Positions 51,671 through 63,067 of a DNA stretch of 64,000 nucleotides are shown piece after piece. The notes below the pieces were generated by a model, which was given only the letters and a program-made list of their open reading frames with translations, did not search any database and was not told the DNA's origin. A program made the position numbers and the translations under genes. This stretch comes from a virus: positions 23,023 to 87,022 of the IMG/VR virus record IMGVR_UViG_3300044716_000732, one strand, 5' to 3'. Position 1 is the first letter of the stretch. Every line of letters starts with the position of its first letter.

Positions 51671-52000
51671 ATGAAACAATACACACCGGACAAATGGCTG
51701 GTTATTAAAATAGAGGGCGGAGATTTCCCACTGACCTATAAAGTATTTGCTTGTTGGCATGGAGGATATTTGGACGGAGATTCTTGGAAACTAAACAGCG
51801 GAATTACAAAAGTTACAAAAGAAGGAAATTTCTATTTGTTTGAAGGTTATTCTGGTTCTGTTTATGCCTGTAACGAAAAACGTTATGGTTCCACTGCATA
51901 TGGTTATGGTGTTTTACATAACATTATAGAAAAATCCAAAGAAGCTGGAGTAAATGTAGAAAAAATGCCAGACGATACAAATTGGCTGGAGTTAGTATAA
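51671..52000 (+). CDS. Conserved phage hypothetical protein (intact, recoded copy)
   Basis: YTPDKW...YKVFACWHGGYLDGDSWKLNSGI; promoter TTGACA(51576)-16-TATACT lies in the tnpB 5' region. Confidence 0.8.
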   Translation: MKQYTPDKWLVIKIEGGDFPLTYKVFACWHGGYLDGDSWKLNSGITKVTKEGNFYLFEGYSGSVYACNEKRYGSTAYGYGVLHNIIEKSKEAGVNVEKMPDDTNWLELV

Positions 52001-52024
52001 TTATTTAAAATAAATATCATATAT

Positions 52025-52858
52025 ATGAGCATAACAAACAACAATTATATTCTTCCTGAATCTGTCAATTTGGATGAAATGAGAGAATCATTTAAACGAC
52101 ACGGTTATGCTGTTGCTCGTGGTTTGTTTTCCAAAACAGAGGTAGAAGAAATTAAAAATACCTTTGATCAAATTGCAAAGAATGGTCCTATTGAAGATTC
52201 TTTTTATCCTGTATCTAAAGAAGAATCAAACGGAGATCCTTTAAAAGAATTTCCAAGAGTGATGCAACCGCACCGTTTCAACGCAGTATCTCGTAAGAAT
52301 CTTGTTCATGCGGGTGTTCTTTTTTGCTTGAAAGACCTCATGCAAGAAGATGTACTTGCCGCACAGAGTATGTTTTATTATAAACCACCTGGCTCTAAGG
52401 GACAAGCAATGCATCAAGACAATTTCTATCTTTTAGTTGAGCCGCAAACGTGTGTTGCAGCATGGACTGCTATTGATGATGCTGATCCCGATAACGGAGG
52501 AATGTATCTTGTGTCAGATACAGCAGAAGAGGCAATCATATGCCCTAAAGAAGCTAATGCTAATGAGTCATTCACAACTCATTTTGTACCAACTCCAAAA
52601 GGAAAAAAAGCTGTTCCTTGTATTATGAAGTCAGGAGATACATTGTTCTTTAACGGTTCTTCAATTCATGGTTCTGGACCAAATCGTTCTAAAGACAGAT
52701 TTCGTAGATCATTTATTTGTCATTATGTTCCAAAAACAACACAACGCATTAGCAAGCATTATCTTCCGTTAATAACACCTGAAGGAGAAGATGTTATGAT
52801 TGAAGCTAATCAGAGCGGAGGTCCATGTGGCAGCACATGGGAAGGTGGACAACATTAA
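52025..52858 (+). CDS. Phytanoyl-CoA dioxygenase (PhyH)-family Fe(II)/2OG oxygenase
   Basis: KPPG...HQD, AWTAIDD...NGG, GD.LFF...IHGSGPN.S..FRR; TAAATA at 52011. Confidence 0.9.
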   Translation: MSITNNNYILPESVNLDEMRESFKRHGYAVARGLFSKTEVEEIKNTFDQIAKNGPIEDSFYPVSKEESNGDPLKEFPRVMQPHRFNAVSRKNLVHAGVLFCLKDLMQEDVLAAQSMFYYKPPGSKGQAMHQDNFYLLVEPQTCVAAWTAIDDADPDNGGMYLVSDTAEEAIICPKEANANESFTTHFVPTPKGKKAVPCIMKSGDTLFFNGSSIHGSGPNRSKDRFRRSFICHYVPKTTQRISKHYLPLITPEGEDVMIEANQSGGPCGSTWEGGQH

Positions 52859-52863
52859 ATCTT

Positions 52864-52932
52864 AAAGAAGCTGGAGTGAAGGTAGAAATAATGCCAGATG
52901 ATACAAATTGGCTTGACTTGTTCTACAATTGA
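52864..52932 (+). pseudogene. Stranded 3' end of the old allele of gene 51671-52000
   Basis: KEAGVKVEIMPDDTNWLDLFYN* versus KEAGVNVEKMPDDTNWLELV* (51938-52000). Confidence 0.85.
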
Positions 52933-52959
52933 TAATATTTTTTTGTATAAATAGTTAAT

Positions 52960-53292
52960 ATGAAATCAAAAGATCAAACATTGTTAGAAGAAGCTTATAC
53001 CAAAATAACAGTCAATCCTGTTATGAATACTGCATTAAAGACCACTAACTCTTCTAAGAAAAACCCTACATTTGAAGAAGTAAAAGTAGGAGATCGGTAT
53101 ATTAGTACTTTGAAAATGCAAAATCAAAAGCCATGGTTTTATGTCAGTACAGTCCTATCTGTAGAGCCGATTAGTATGAGATTCGGAAAACCAGATAGAA
53201 TTGTAAGTGTGAAGATAGAGACAAACGAAGGAAAGGTCATTGATCAAGAAAAAAAGATTTGGGTTAGTCAATTACAAAAAGGATTAGTATAA
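52960..53292 (+). CDS. Late protein with KDQTLLEEAY leader
   Basis: MKSKDQTLLEEAYTKI; TATAAATA at 52946. Confidence 0.75.
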   Translation: MKSKDQTLLEEAYTKITVNPVMNTALKTTNSSKKNPTFEEVKVGDRYISTLKMQNQKPWFYVSTVLSVEPISMRFGKPDRIVSVKIETNEGKVIDQEKKIWVSQLQKGLV

Positions 53293-55117
53293 AAAAACTT
53301 GACTTGTCCTTTGAATAATCTATACTGGTTATATGAGAAATCCAGAAGATACAAAATTTGTTTGGGATGAAAAAAATTTTAATACTGTTAAAGAAACTCT
53401 TTGTTCCAAATCTTATACGGAAGAAGTATTAAAACTTCTTGTAGATGCATGTATAGAGTATGAAATAATTGATGTGAAAGCAACTGAAGGCAGTGCTATT
53501 AAGACCATAAATGAATATGAATTTTCTATTGGAGAAGATCATTTTGTTTTAACCGTGTTATATTATCACAACGGAAAAATAACCTTCAGCGGATTTGTGT
53601 CATATAGTAATGATGATTTCTTCTCATCGTTGGGAATTCAAGATTTTATTACTAGGATGAAAGATTCTTTAGAAAAAAATAATTTTTTATCTTGACGTTT
53701 CCGAAAATATTCTCTAATATCATCAACATGAGCAGAGAACCTAAAAAATTAAAAGGCGGAAAAGACTTGGCGTATAAAGTTTCAAATCATCCAAATTTTT
53801 TGAAACTCGGTGAACGAGGATTGAAGAAATTGGTTAAGAAAATTCAGAAAGAAAAATAAAAACATGTTTAAAAAACTATTCAAAAAAATTCAAAGCAAGT
53901 GGGATTTTTGGATCTATTGTAGATTCTTTCATTCTATTAAAAGGATTTGCGAAGAGAAATCAGGTTGGAGTCATATCATGGAGCTTCATCTTAGGGATTA
54001 TAATCAGTCTCATCCTATTGATGAAAAACTGAAAGAATCCGCAGAGTTGTATTATAATTCAGTGTTTAAAACCAAATGAAAAAAAGCCTTTACAAAATTG
54101 AAAGACTTTGGGAATATCCTGATACACCCGAACATAATCGATGGTCACTTTTATATCCTTATGATTGTATGCAAAAATCATTTGCAGAAGGTGCTTGGTC
54201 TATGTTAAAAAGCTACTATAATCAGAACTACAAACATCGTTTGCTCAAAGATGGCGAAGTAATTGAAGAAATTGGTTATCAAAAAATTAAAGTGAATTAA
54301 CATTATGAAAAATATTATGAGTGATACTACTGGTGATTCTAATTTTAAATATAAAGAACTATCGCCTACTGATTGGTTTGAAATTTATTCCAAAATAAAA
54401 AAAGAAAGAGATATGTATCGAGAGGCAATTTTGAATTGCTTGGATTGGTCTAATGGTAGAGAATATGAGTGGGGAGAAAGAGCAGAAAATGCTTTTGCTT
54501 TTCTGCACAATGCGATATACAAAGAACATGAAAACACATTTTGACAAACAAATAGAAAAGATTAAAGCAATGCTTAGTGATAAGATAGCTGATCTAAAAC
54601 TTAATCCTGATTCTTTTGAAGATGACAAACAAAATTATATTAATCATTTACACTATCAAATGAACAAAATAGAATTTGCTAGAGAAGTTCACAATCATTA
54701 TGTTCTTACAGGTGAAGTAAAAATTCCAGAATAATTTATGAAAACATACAACTACGAAGCGAGAAGCGAAGACAAACAAAATAACTATCTCGAACCTCAT
54801 CCAGATGATCCAAAATACTACAAACAAAACAACTATCCAAAACCTCATCCAGAGGAACCAAAACCAATTCCAGTCTATGAACAACTCGCAGAATTGGAAT
54901 ATGCAATCGAAAAACTCACAGAACTACAAAAAACTCTAATCAAAAGATTGCAATGGGTTTCTAATCCTTGTGAAAGACCTACACCAGAAATTTGTGGTGA
55001 AACTAAAGCAAATTCAGAACGTCCAGATTCTGAAATTGTTCAAAGAATTAATAGATCGGTAAGAAACATTAGAGAGTTGCAATTTAATCTTAGCATCCAA
55101 TTAGAAGACTTGGACGT

Positions 55118-55336
55118 GTGAACAAACCAAAAGACACAATAACTTTTGGAAAATATAAAGGCAAAACCTTTGATGAGATTGCTGATATTGATCCAGATTA
55201 TATTTTATGGCTTGACGAAAAAGTAAAAGATGTTAAACTTCCTAAGAAGTGGATAAAGGCTGTGGAAATGGATGTTAGAGAAAGAGATAGTGAATTACGT
55301 GATATTTTAGCAGAACACGCATTTGATATTTATTGA
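55118..55336 (+). CDS. DUF3820-like (FGKYKG) small protein
   Basis: ITFGKYKGKTFDEIADIDPDYILWL. Confidence 0.65.
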   Translation: MNKPKDTITFGKYKGKTFDEIADIDPDYILWLDEKVKDVKLPKKWIKAVEMDVRERDSELRDILAEHAFDIY

Positions 55337-57064
55337 TGAAAATTTCGAAGAATAGTTTAGGTGGACAGAACAACCATGGACGCATGAGTAGCGCACGTTC
55401 GAGTCGTGCTTCTTCGACCATTTTTAAAAAATTACAAAAGTTAGATAGAGAGATTACAAAACTCTATAAAATGATAACTCCTTTTGGAGCTTATAGTTTT
55501 GATTTTGGAAAGCATAGATTCATGAAACTTGAAGAACAAATCAAAAAACTTGACTTGAAGAGAAAAGAAGTTAGACTTGAGAGAAAGAGATATAATTTAT
55601 GAACGACAATGATGTATTTTTATTTTACAAACACAAAGTAATTCGCTGGTTTCCTAATGTTAGTATTGATCAGGGATGTGCATTTATTAAGGAAAATGTT
55701 GATGCAGGTAATTTTAATATGATGCCAGATACTCCATATTTAAATGAAGAAATGGAAAAATATCCAAATGACGTTCATGTTTTCGGAAAATTAGAAGCAA
55801 TGAAAAAAGTTTAACTAGAAAGAAATATAATTTATGACAATACATACAGCAAAAGTAAATGGTGAGCTTTTAAGAGCTGCGCGTGAAGAAAATTGGACTT
55901 GGGAAGAAGCACAAGAAAATTTAAAACAGACATATGGAGAAGATGCTGTTATAGAATTAGTTTCAAGTTTTTGTGGAAGTAGAAATAATCCTTTGGATGA
56001 AGTTGAAAAACATGAAAAACACAATTAATGCCATAAAACTTGATTATGAAAACCATTATGATCTTTCATTAAAGATATATGAATTTCTTAAAAATATAGT
56101 AGAAAATAAAAAAGATTGCGAAAGAAACACTTTCGTTGCAATTCCTAAGATTAGGAAACCTTATTTTTGGCAATTTAACAAAAAGAAAAAATATAAACAA
56201 GAATGCGATTCGATTTTTGAAGATTTTAAAAAATGGAATGAAGAATCAGAAAACTTGATTAAAAAGAAAGAAATATAATTTATGAAAAATAAAATTACAG
56301 TAAATTTATACGCTAAAAAGTACGGTGAAAACGAACTAGCTAAAATGATTCTTAATAAAGAATTTGGCTTTGAATTTTCAATTGAAAGCGATACAGAAAG
56401 AAGCCGAAGAATTCTTTCTTTTGAAGAAGCACTATCTTTAAAGGATAGTTTAGATCAGGCTTTTAGTGATTACAAAAAATATAGTTTGTGAAATTTATGA
56501 TCCGCGAATTTGACTACTACAGTAACGAATCCCACAATTGTCTTGTGATCTGTCCTTACTGTCATTCAGCATATCAAGCAGAAGCAGGAGATTATTCCGA
56601 AGAGGTGAGAGAAGAAAAATGCCAAAATTGCAGACACACATTTATTCGTTGGGACGAATTTGAGGTCACATATTATACTAAAAAGAAAAAATAAATTATG
56701 GATGATAATTCAAAATATCTATTAGCTTCTGTTAAAGAAGATTTAACATATATACAGAACAATATTTTCAATAAACCAAAGAAAGTTGAATGCGAATGTA
56801 GACCATTTGGTAACGATTATATAATATTCTTTCTTACTAAAACGCCTAATGTCTTTCACAGAAAGATGATGGAATTGGTTTTTGGTTTTAAATTTAAAAA
56901 ATATGGACAACACAATAATAAACATTAGACTTTTTGCTTGGCATTTTCAAATTGAAAGAGGTTCATGGAAACCTAAAATTTCTTATAATTCATATCATAA
57001 ACAAAATAACTTTAGTGATGGTTATTTTAGAATTTATAACTTTTTTGGATACGGAAATTAAAAC

Positions 57065-57748
57065 GTGAAGCTATCTAACTATTTTTGGGAACCTATTAAA
57101 ATTGAACATACCAATGTTTATTTTTGGTCTGATATGCATTTAGGTCATAAGTGCGAGCATTGGGAAACTCCTTTGTGGAAAAATAGAGGTTTTGATTGCG
57201 TAGAAGATCATGATGAAACCTTGATCAACAGATGGAACAACAAACTCAATCAAGAGTCTGAAATCTTTCATTTGGGCGATATAATGTTTGGTATCAACGG
57301 AGAAGAAAGACTGACAAATGCTCTTAATAGGTTGACATTCAAGATTCTGTATCTTTTTTCAGGCAACCATTCAGCTGGTTACAAACAATTGTTGAGTAAT
57401 TCATCAGAAGAAAACGGAATTAGGTATCTTGATTTTAATAATAAAAGAGTTTATTTTGTTCCAAATTATTTAGAAATTATGATTTGCGGTCAACCTATCG
57501 TGCTTTCTCATTATGCTTTAGCAGCATGGAACGGGCAGGGCAAGGGGTCATTTATGATTCACGGACACAGCCACTCGAATCTATACAAGAATGAACTTGG
57601 AAAACTTTTATACCAATGCAAAATTGTCGATGTTGGCGTAGAAAATTCACCAACCCCACTATCCTTTACGCAACTCAGAAGCAAATTTAAAGCTTTAGAA
57701 AACATAACATTTGACCATCATACTAAAGACACTTTAAATCCATTTTAA
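57065..57748 (+). CDS. Calcineurin-like phosphoesterase
   Basis: SDMHLGH, HLGD, GNH, LSHY, HGHSH, DVGV. Confidence 0.88.
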   Translation: MKLSNYFWEPIKIEHTNVYFWSDMHLGHKCEHWETPLWKNRGFDCVEDHDETLINRWNNKLNQESEIFHLGDIMFGINGEERLTNALNRLTFKILYLFSGNHSAGYKQLLSNSSEENGIRYLDFNNKRVYFVPNYLEIMICGQPIVLSHYALAAWNGQGKGSFMIHGHSHSNLYKNELGKLLYQCKIVDVGVENSPTPLSFTQLRSKFKALENITFDHHTKDTLNPF

Positions 57749-58158
57749 TGAAAACTCTTTATCTTATCTGTGGTCCGAGTGGCTCAGGAAAAACCACGTT
57801 CGCCAACAAGATTAAAAAAGAAAAAAATATCGCCAATCATTTTGAAGCAGATCAATGGATGGTCGATCAAGATGGCAACTATCTTTTTAATCCTAAAAGA
57901 CTTGGCTATTGTCATGCTGAGTGCCAAAAAAGTACAGAAGAGTCTATGCAAAGAGGAGAAGATGTTATTGTCTCTAATACCACTCTTACCAAAAAAGAAG
58001 CAAAACCTTATATTGACATGGCAAGAAATTATGGTTATACTGTAGCGATATTACATATGACTGGAGAATTTATAAACAAACACGGAGTTCCATATTGGAA
58101 GATTGAAGAAATGAGAAACAAAAGACAATGGTTTTCTTTAGCAGATTTTGAAGCTTGA
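57748..58158 (+). CDS. P-loop kinase (AAA_33 / polynucleotide-kinase-like)
   Basis: GPSGSGKTT, EADQ, VIVSNT, HGVP. Confidence 0.8.
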   Translation: MKTLYLICGPSGSGKTTFANKIKKEKNIANHFEADQWMVDQDGNYLFNPKRLGYCHAECQKSTEESMQRGEDVIVSNTTLTKKEAKPYIDMARNYGYTVAILHMTGEFINKHGVPYWKIEEMRNKRQWFSLADFEA

Positions 58159-58189
58159 CTTTAAGATAGAAAAAGCATGGTAATTAAAA

Positions 58190-58417
58190 ATGAAACATAA
58201 TTTAACTTGCCCATTTTGCAGAACTTCTGACGAGCATAATTTTGTTCCTGTTCAGTTTGATTGCGAAGACAGAGAAGGAATACCGTCTGCAATATCCTGT
58301 GATTCATGCGGGTGTCGAAGCCCGTGGGTTTATGTTACCAAAAAAGAATGGGAGAATTCAAACGGAGAAATTCCAATAACTTTAATCAAAAATTGGAAAA
58401 AATATATACCAAATTAA
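58190..58417 (+). CDS. Lar-like zinc-ribbon protein
   Basis: LTCPFC...ISCDSCG...W. Confidence 0.5.
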   Translation: MKHNLTCPFCRTSDEHNFVPVQFDCEDREGIPSAISCDSCGCRSPWVYVTKKEWENSNGEIPITLIKNWKKYIPN

Positions 58418-58899
58418 AAATATGAGTAACCTAATAACACACGCAAAAAAAGAGCTTGGTCTTATCTATTCAGAAGAAGATTTAAAAGAAGGATATAATA
58501 AATTAGCATATGATTGTATTCTGGAGCTTATTGAAGTATTTTCAAAACAAGGACATTCTGGTTTCAGTGCTCCTTATGTTGCAAATATGTTTAAAACTTT
58601 AGCAAATTTTGAAACATTAACTCCTCTCACTGGAGAAGATAATGAATGGGGAGATATTTCTAGTTTAGGAGATGATCCAAAATATCAAAACATAAGAAAT
58701 GGTGCAGTATTTAAAAATTCAGATGGGTCATCTTATTACATAGAAGCTGTAGTATGGAGAGATTCAGATGGAGATTGCTACACAAACGGAAAATCCAAAA
58801 TGAATGTCAAATTTCCTCTTATACCTAAAACTTTTTATGTTGACAGTTATGAAGATGGTTCGTATAATGAAAAGCAATATCAAGAAGCTTTAGATTATT

Positions 58900-59283
58900 A
58901 TGCAAAATAGAACCCTTAAATTTCGCGCTTGGGATACACTAGCAAAAAAGTTCACCTATCCAGACAAAGGTTATCAAGGACATTATGTTCTTACTTTGAA
59001 TGGAGAATTTTGGAACCTTCAGAATGGTTCTGGGGGAGATGAATATGTTGTTCAGCAATGGACTGGACTAAATGACTATGAAAACAATAATATTTATGAA
59101 GGTGATATAGTAAGATATGAGCTAGATGGTACTGTTTATATTCAAACCGTAGAGTGGGGTAATAATGGTTGGGAGATGATAGATACAAGATTATATAGTA
59201 CACCTCTAATAGTCAATTTGCCAAACTTTGAAGTAGTTGGAAATATTTTTGAATCTAGAGAACTTTTAAAAAATAAAGATTGA
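58900..59283 (+). CDS. YopX-family protein
   Basis: KFRAWD...QQWTGL.D...IYEGDIV...EVVGNIFE. Confidence 0.85.
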   Translation: MQNRTLKFRAWDTLAKKFTYPDKGYQGHYVLTLNGEFWNLQNGSGGDEYVVQQWTGLNDYENNNIYEGDIVRYELDGTVYIQTVEWGNNGWEMIDTRLYSTPLIVNLPNFEVVGNIFESRELLKNKD

Positions 59284-59530
59284 CGTTTCCTAAAATATTG
59301 TCTATTATTTAAACTATGAACGATATTAATTGGAGAGACATTAATGAGGATCATCACATCTTCTTGAAGGACTTAAAGCACAAAAGAGTTATACTGGAAA
59401 CTGATGTAGCATTTCGAATTGATTTTGCAGGCAATGTTGATCCGTATAACAATGTATTGCTCACATGGGAGGAGACTGTGTTGAGATATGCTTTTCTTGG
59501 AAATAACTGAACAAGTAGGTAAAAAAACTT

Positions 59531-59989
59531 ATGAATAGAATCCCAAATTATAGAGTCTGGCACAAAATTGAAAAACGTTTTGTGGATTTGAGAAACATTG
59601 ATTTTGAGTTTGAGAAAATTGGTTATGATGCTTATAGAGAAGCTCATTATTATGATGTTGCTAAATTTGATGAGATAGTCTTTCAGCAATTTACTGAACT
59701 CTACGACAAGAATAAAAAACCAATCTATGAAGGCGACAGAGTAAGATTTGGATATACTGGAAATGTAGACTTCTTTGGGGAAGTTATATGGCTTGAAGAT
59801 AGAGCATCTTTTGGAGTTAGAACTAAGAATGCTTTTGAAACTTTTGAAGACTTAATGGATTATATGAAATACTTTGAAGTAGTTGGTAATATATTTCAAT
59901 TGCCTTGTAATCCAGATCATAATGGAGAATGTTTGGTTTGTGATTGTTGGTTGAGTGATTGTCCTTTTTTGAATAAAAATGAAAGCTAA
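59531..59989 (+). CDS. YopX-family protein (paralog)
   Basis: YRVWH...QQFTELYDKNKKPIYEGD...EVVGNIF. Confidence 0.85.
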   Translation: MNRIPNYRVWHKIEKRFVDLRNIDFEFEKIGYDAYREAHYYDVAKFDEIVFQQFTELYDKNKKPIYEGDRVRFGYTGNVDFFGEVIWLEDRASFGVRTKNAFETFEDLMDYMKYFEVVGNIFQLPCNPDHNGECLVCDCWLSDCPFLNKNES

Positions 59990-61169
59990 ATTAAAACCAT
60001 TAAAAGGAATATATTACGGTACAGAGATTGAAATTACCGAAGGTCCATTAAAAAACCTTTATTTCAAACTTTGGAAGTCTACTGGAAATCCAAGTGATAG
60101 AGAATTAGAGGGATACAATTATACTAGAGAACAATGGAACGACAATGAAATGGTTGATGGTGGTTGGGGCGAAAAAGTTCCAATTCAACAATTAGATATT
60201 ACTTGTGACGGTCATTATGAATCTCAAGAAGTTTATCAGTTAGCCAAAATACTTATTGAATTTTTGAACATTGTAGCCGACGAAAAATTGAAATAATGAT
60301 CAAGACGTATAAATTCACATTTAAGCTTGTTAGAAATTTTGGACTAGGGTTTGAGATACATTCACCAAAATTAAATGGATGTTGTTTTATTATTATGGTT
60401 GGTTGTTTACAATTTCAATTTTGGAACAGAGGAAAATATCTTATAGGTTTCGAAAGTTATTGGGATATTTCTGATTGGATTAGATAAGCAAAATGGAAAA
60501 AATTATTACAGAACAACAAGATGTTATTGTTAATCGAAATAATGATTTATATATGACTAAAGAATATAGAAAATATATTGGACAAGTTTGTACTGTACAG
60601 AAGCAATGCAAGAACGGAAAATTTTTAGTAAAACATTCTGATGGTTCTACTATGGCTTTTGCTAAGAAAAATCTTGACGTTTCATCAAACAATCTCTAAT
60701 ATCTAAGTTATAAAGAATATGAAATTTTCCCCGTGTCATGTGTTGGACCGAGATGTACGAACTGTACTCAAGCGCGAAGAAACACAAAGTAGTGCTACAA
60801 AGCATTATGATTGCCCATACGTTATGGACAGTCTTCGCGGCGGGGAAACATTTTAAAATTATTATTTAAATTATGACAACCGAAGAACTTGCTAGACACG
60901 AGACACTGAAATCAAAACAGAACTTTGATGACGGTTCGAAGATGCGAACCACGCGGCCATCTTCTGGGGGTTGCTGTCACTTCTGCGGACGATCAGGGAA
61001 ATATCTACTAGATGTCAATCTTAACGGGAATTGGTGGCACTTCAAGTGCGCTGAAACCAAAAAAGAAGCTGCAAAATGGGTTAAATGGCGATCAAAATTA
61101 GGAGCGGAATGCCGCATTCTGTCGAACTCGACCAACTAAAATCCTCAAACATTCTCTAATTTCTAAACT

Positions 61170-61511
61170 ATGACAAACGAACAAATCAATATTGCTATTG
61201 CGGAAGCGTGTGGGTGGAAACTCGTAAAAGATGACCCTAACCATGAGCCATATATGGAAGACCCTCTTGGCTATAAAATAGCGATTAACTCACTTCAGCA
61301 TAGGCTCCCAAATTACTGCAAAGACCTCAACGCAATTCAAGATGCGGTGATGACTCTACCAGAGAAAAAGCGAATATTATACGGAATGTATCTTGCTTCT
61401 ACATGTGGGCATATTAATAAAAATACCGTGGGGTTGTGGCACATATCCACAGCAACTGCTCGTCACCGCGCAGAGGCATTTCTAAAAACAATCGGTAAAT
61501 GGGAGGAATAA
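61170..61511 (+). CDS. Paralog family A, copy 3
   Basis: MTNEQINIAIAEACGW...PNYCKDLNA...ATARHRAEAFLKTIGKWEE. Confidence 0.7.
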   Translation: MTNEQINIAIAEACGWKLVKDDPNHEPYMEDPLGYKIAINSLQHRLPNYCKDLNAIQDAVMTLPEKKRILYGMYLASTCGHINKNTVGLWHISTATARHRAEAFLKTIGKWEE

Positions 61512-63038
61512 TATAACAAATGAATAACATTATTAAGCCATTAAACCCATCGAATGGAAGCTATGTTCCTCCTCCTAGTCCTATTCCACCTCCATGTCCT
61601 TTTATTACTGATATGAAACCTATACTAACAAAAGAAGAAAACGTGAATCTATATCTAAAAAACTTCATGCAACTTGGCGAAGCTCTTATGAATGCTGGTG
61701 GTAATTCATTCCTAATTCTTAAAAAATATGACGATTTTTTGAGAACACTTGCTGCTAATAATATCGAAGTTACTGCAAAATATAATCCTCCAGATGAAAC
61801 AATGCCTTTGAAAACTACAGGTGAAAATGAAATGATCTTCTTTGATGAAGTTGATCCAAGAATAACAGAAGAAGATTGGAATTCTTTTCAAGAATATTTA
61901 AAACAAGACATTAATGAACAGAAAAAATGGCTAATGCAGAAAAAATGGAGAGAAAAGAAAGCTAAGTTTGATGAAGATTTTGCAAAAATTGGTATAAGAA
62001 GAGATCCAATGTGGCAAAAACCTCTAAGCGTTGCTGATCCAAAACAATGAAAATAAAACAATCTGATATTATTACAGATAGACTTCCAGAAATAAGAACA
62101 GCAAATGGGTATACAAATGTTGTTCTTGCTCTTTGGAAAGAAGAAAATTACTGTGAATCAAATAGATATATTCCTATGTGGTCAATATGCAATACAGAAT
62201 ATTACAATGAAAATCCTGACGAATTTCAAGGTTGGATTGAATTAGAAGATAATTTTCCAATAAAAGAATAAAATGAATAACACACCTTCACAAACGGAAA
62301 TAGAAGAAGTGTTTTGTGCATTTTATGAATTATCCAACAGGTATAGAATGATATACGGGGTTGATTATAAATCACTCATAAAGGTATTGGAATTTTGGAA
62401 TGAATTAGGGGAGAAAGAAATAGAAAGACTTGACAGTTTACGATACGAACCAAGAATGAAAGCGCCGATGTATCCAACTTATGATAAAGATTGGAATATA
62501 ATAGGATGACAAACGATCAAACTTGAAATGAACAGCAAAGAAATTGATAATTCAAATTATTATAAGAGGAAACTAAAAGAATCTTTAGAATCTTACGTGG
62601 GTAAAGAGAACACTCAAGAACTTCGAGATGAGATATGTATAGTTGTAGAAAAATTGCTTCCTGAGATAATTGAAGAATTGTATAGAAAAGTTTAACTTAA
62701 AAACATGAAAAACAATCAAACTTTTTTAGAATTTAAAATTTCTTTTTTAGAAGCAACTACCAGTATATTGTCTATCGAAGAACTCATCTTAATAAAATTA
62801 AGATCATTCGGCTACAAAATTAGACAGTTTATACAATTGTCTGTGGAGTTGTATGAAGACCTAATCAAACAAGCTGGTATCGAAGAACTTGAAGTATCAT
62901 TTTTAGAAGACGAGCAAAATTACAGAATTAGAGTTTTTAATAAAGTATGAAATTTTTTGACTGGAGCTTCGTAGAAGTTTTTTGTTATTGTTTAGGATTT
63001 TTCTTTGGTTATTTTTTTAGAAAATTTCAAAAAAGAGA

Positions 63039-63067
63039 TTGACATTTCCAGAAACAATCTCTAATAT
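63039..63067 (+). promoter_or_regulatory. Representative leaderless sigma70-type promoter
   Basis: TTGACA-17-TAATAT, then 7 nt to ATG 63075. Confidence 0.8.
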
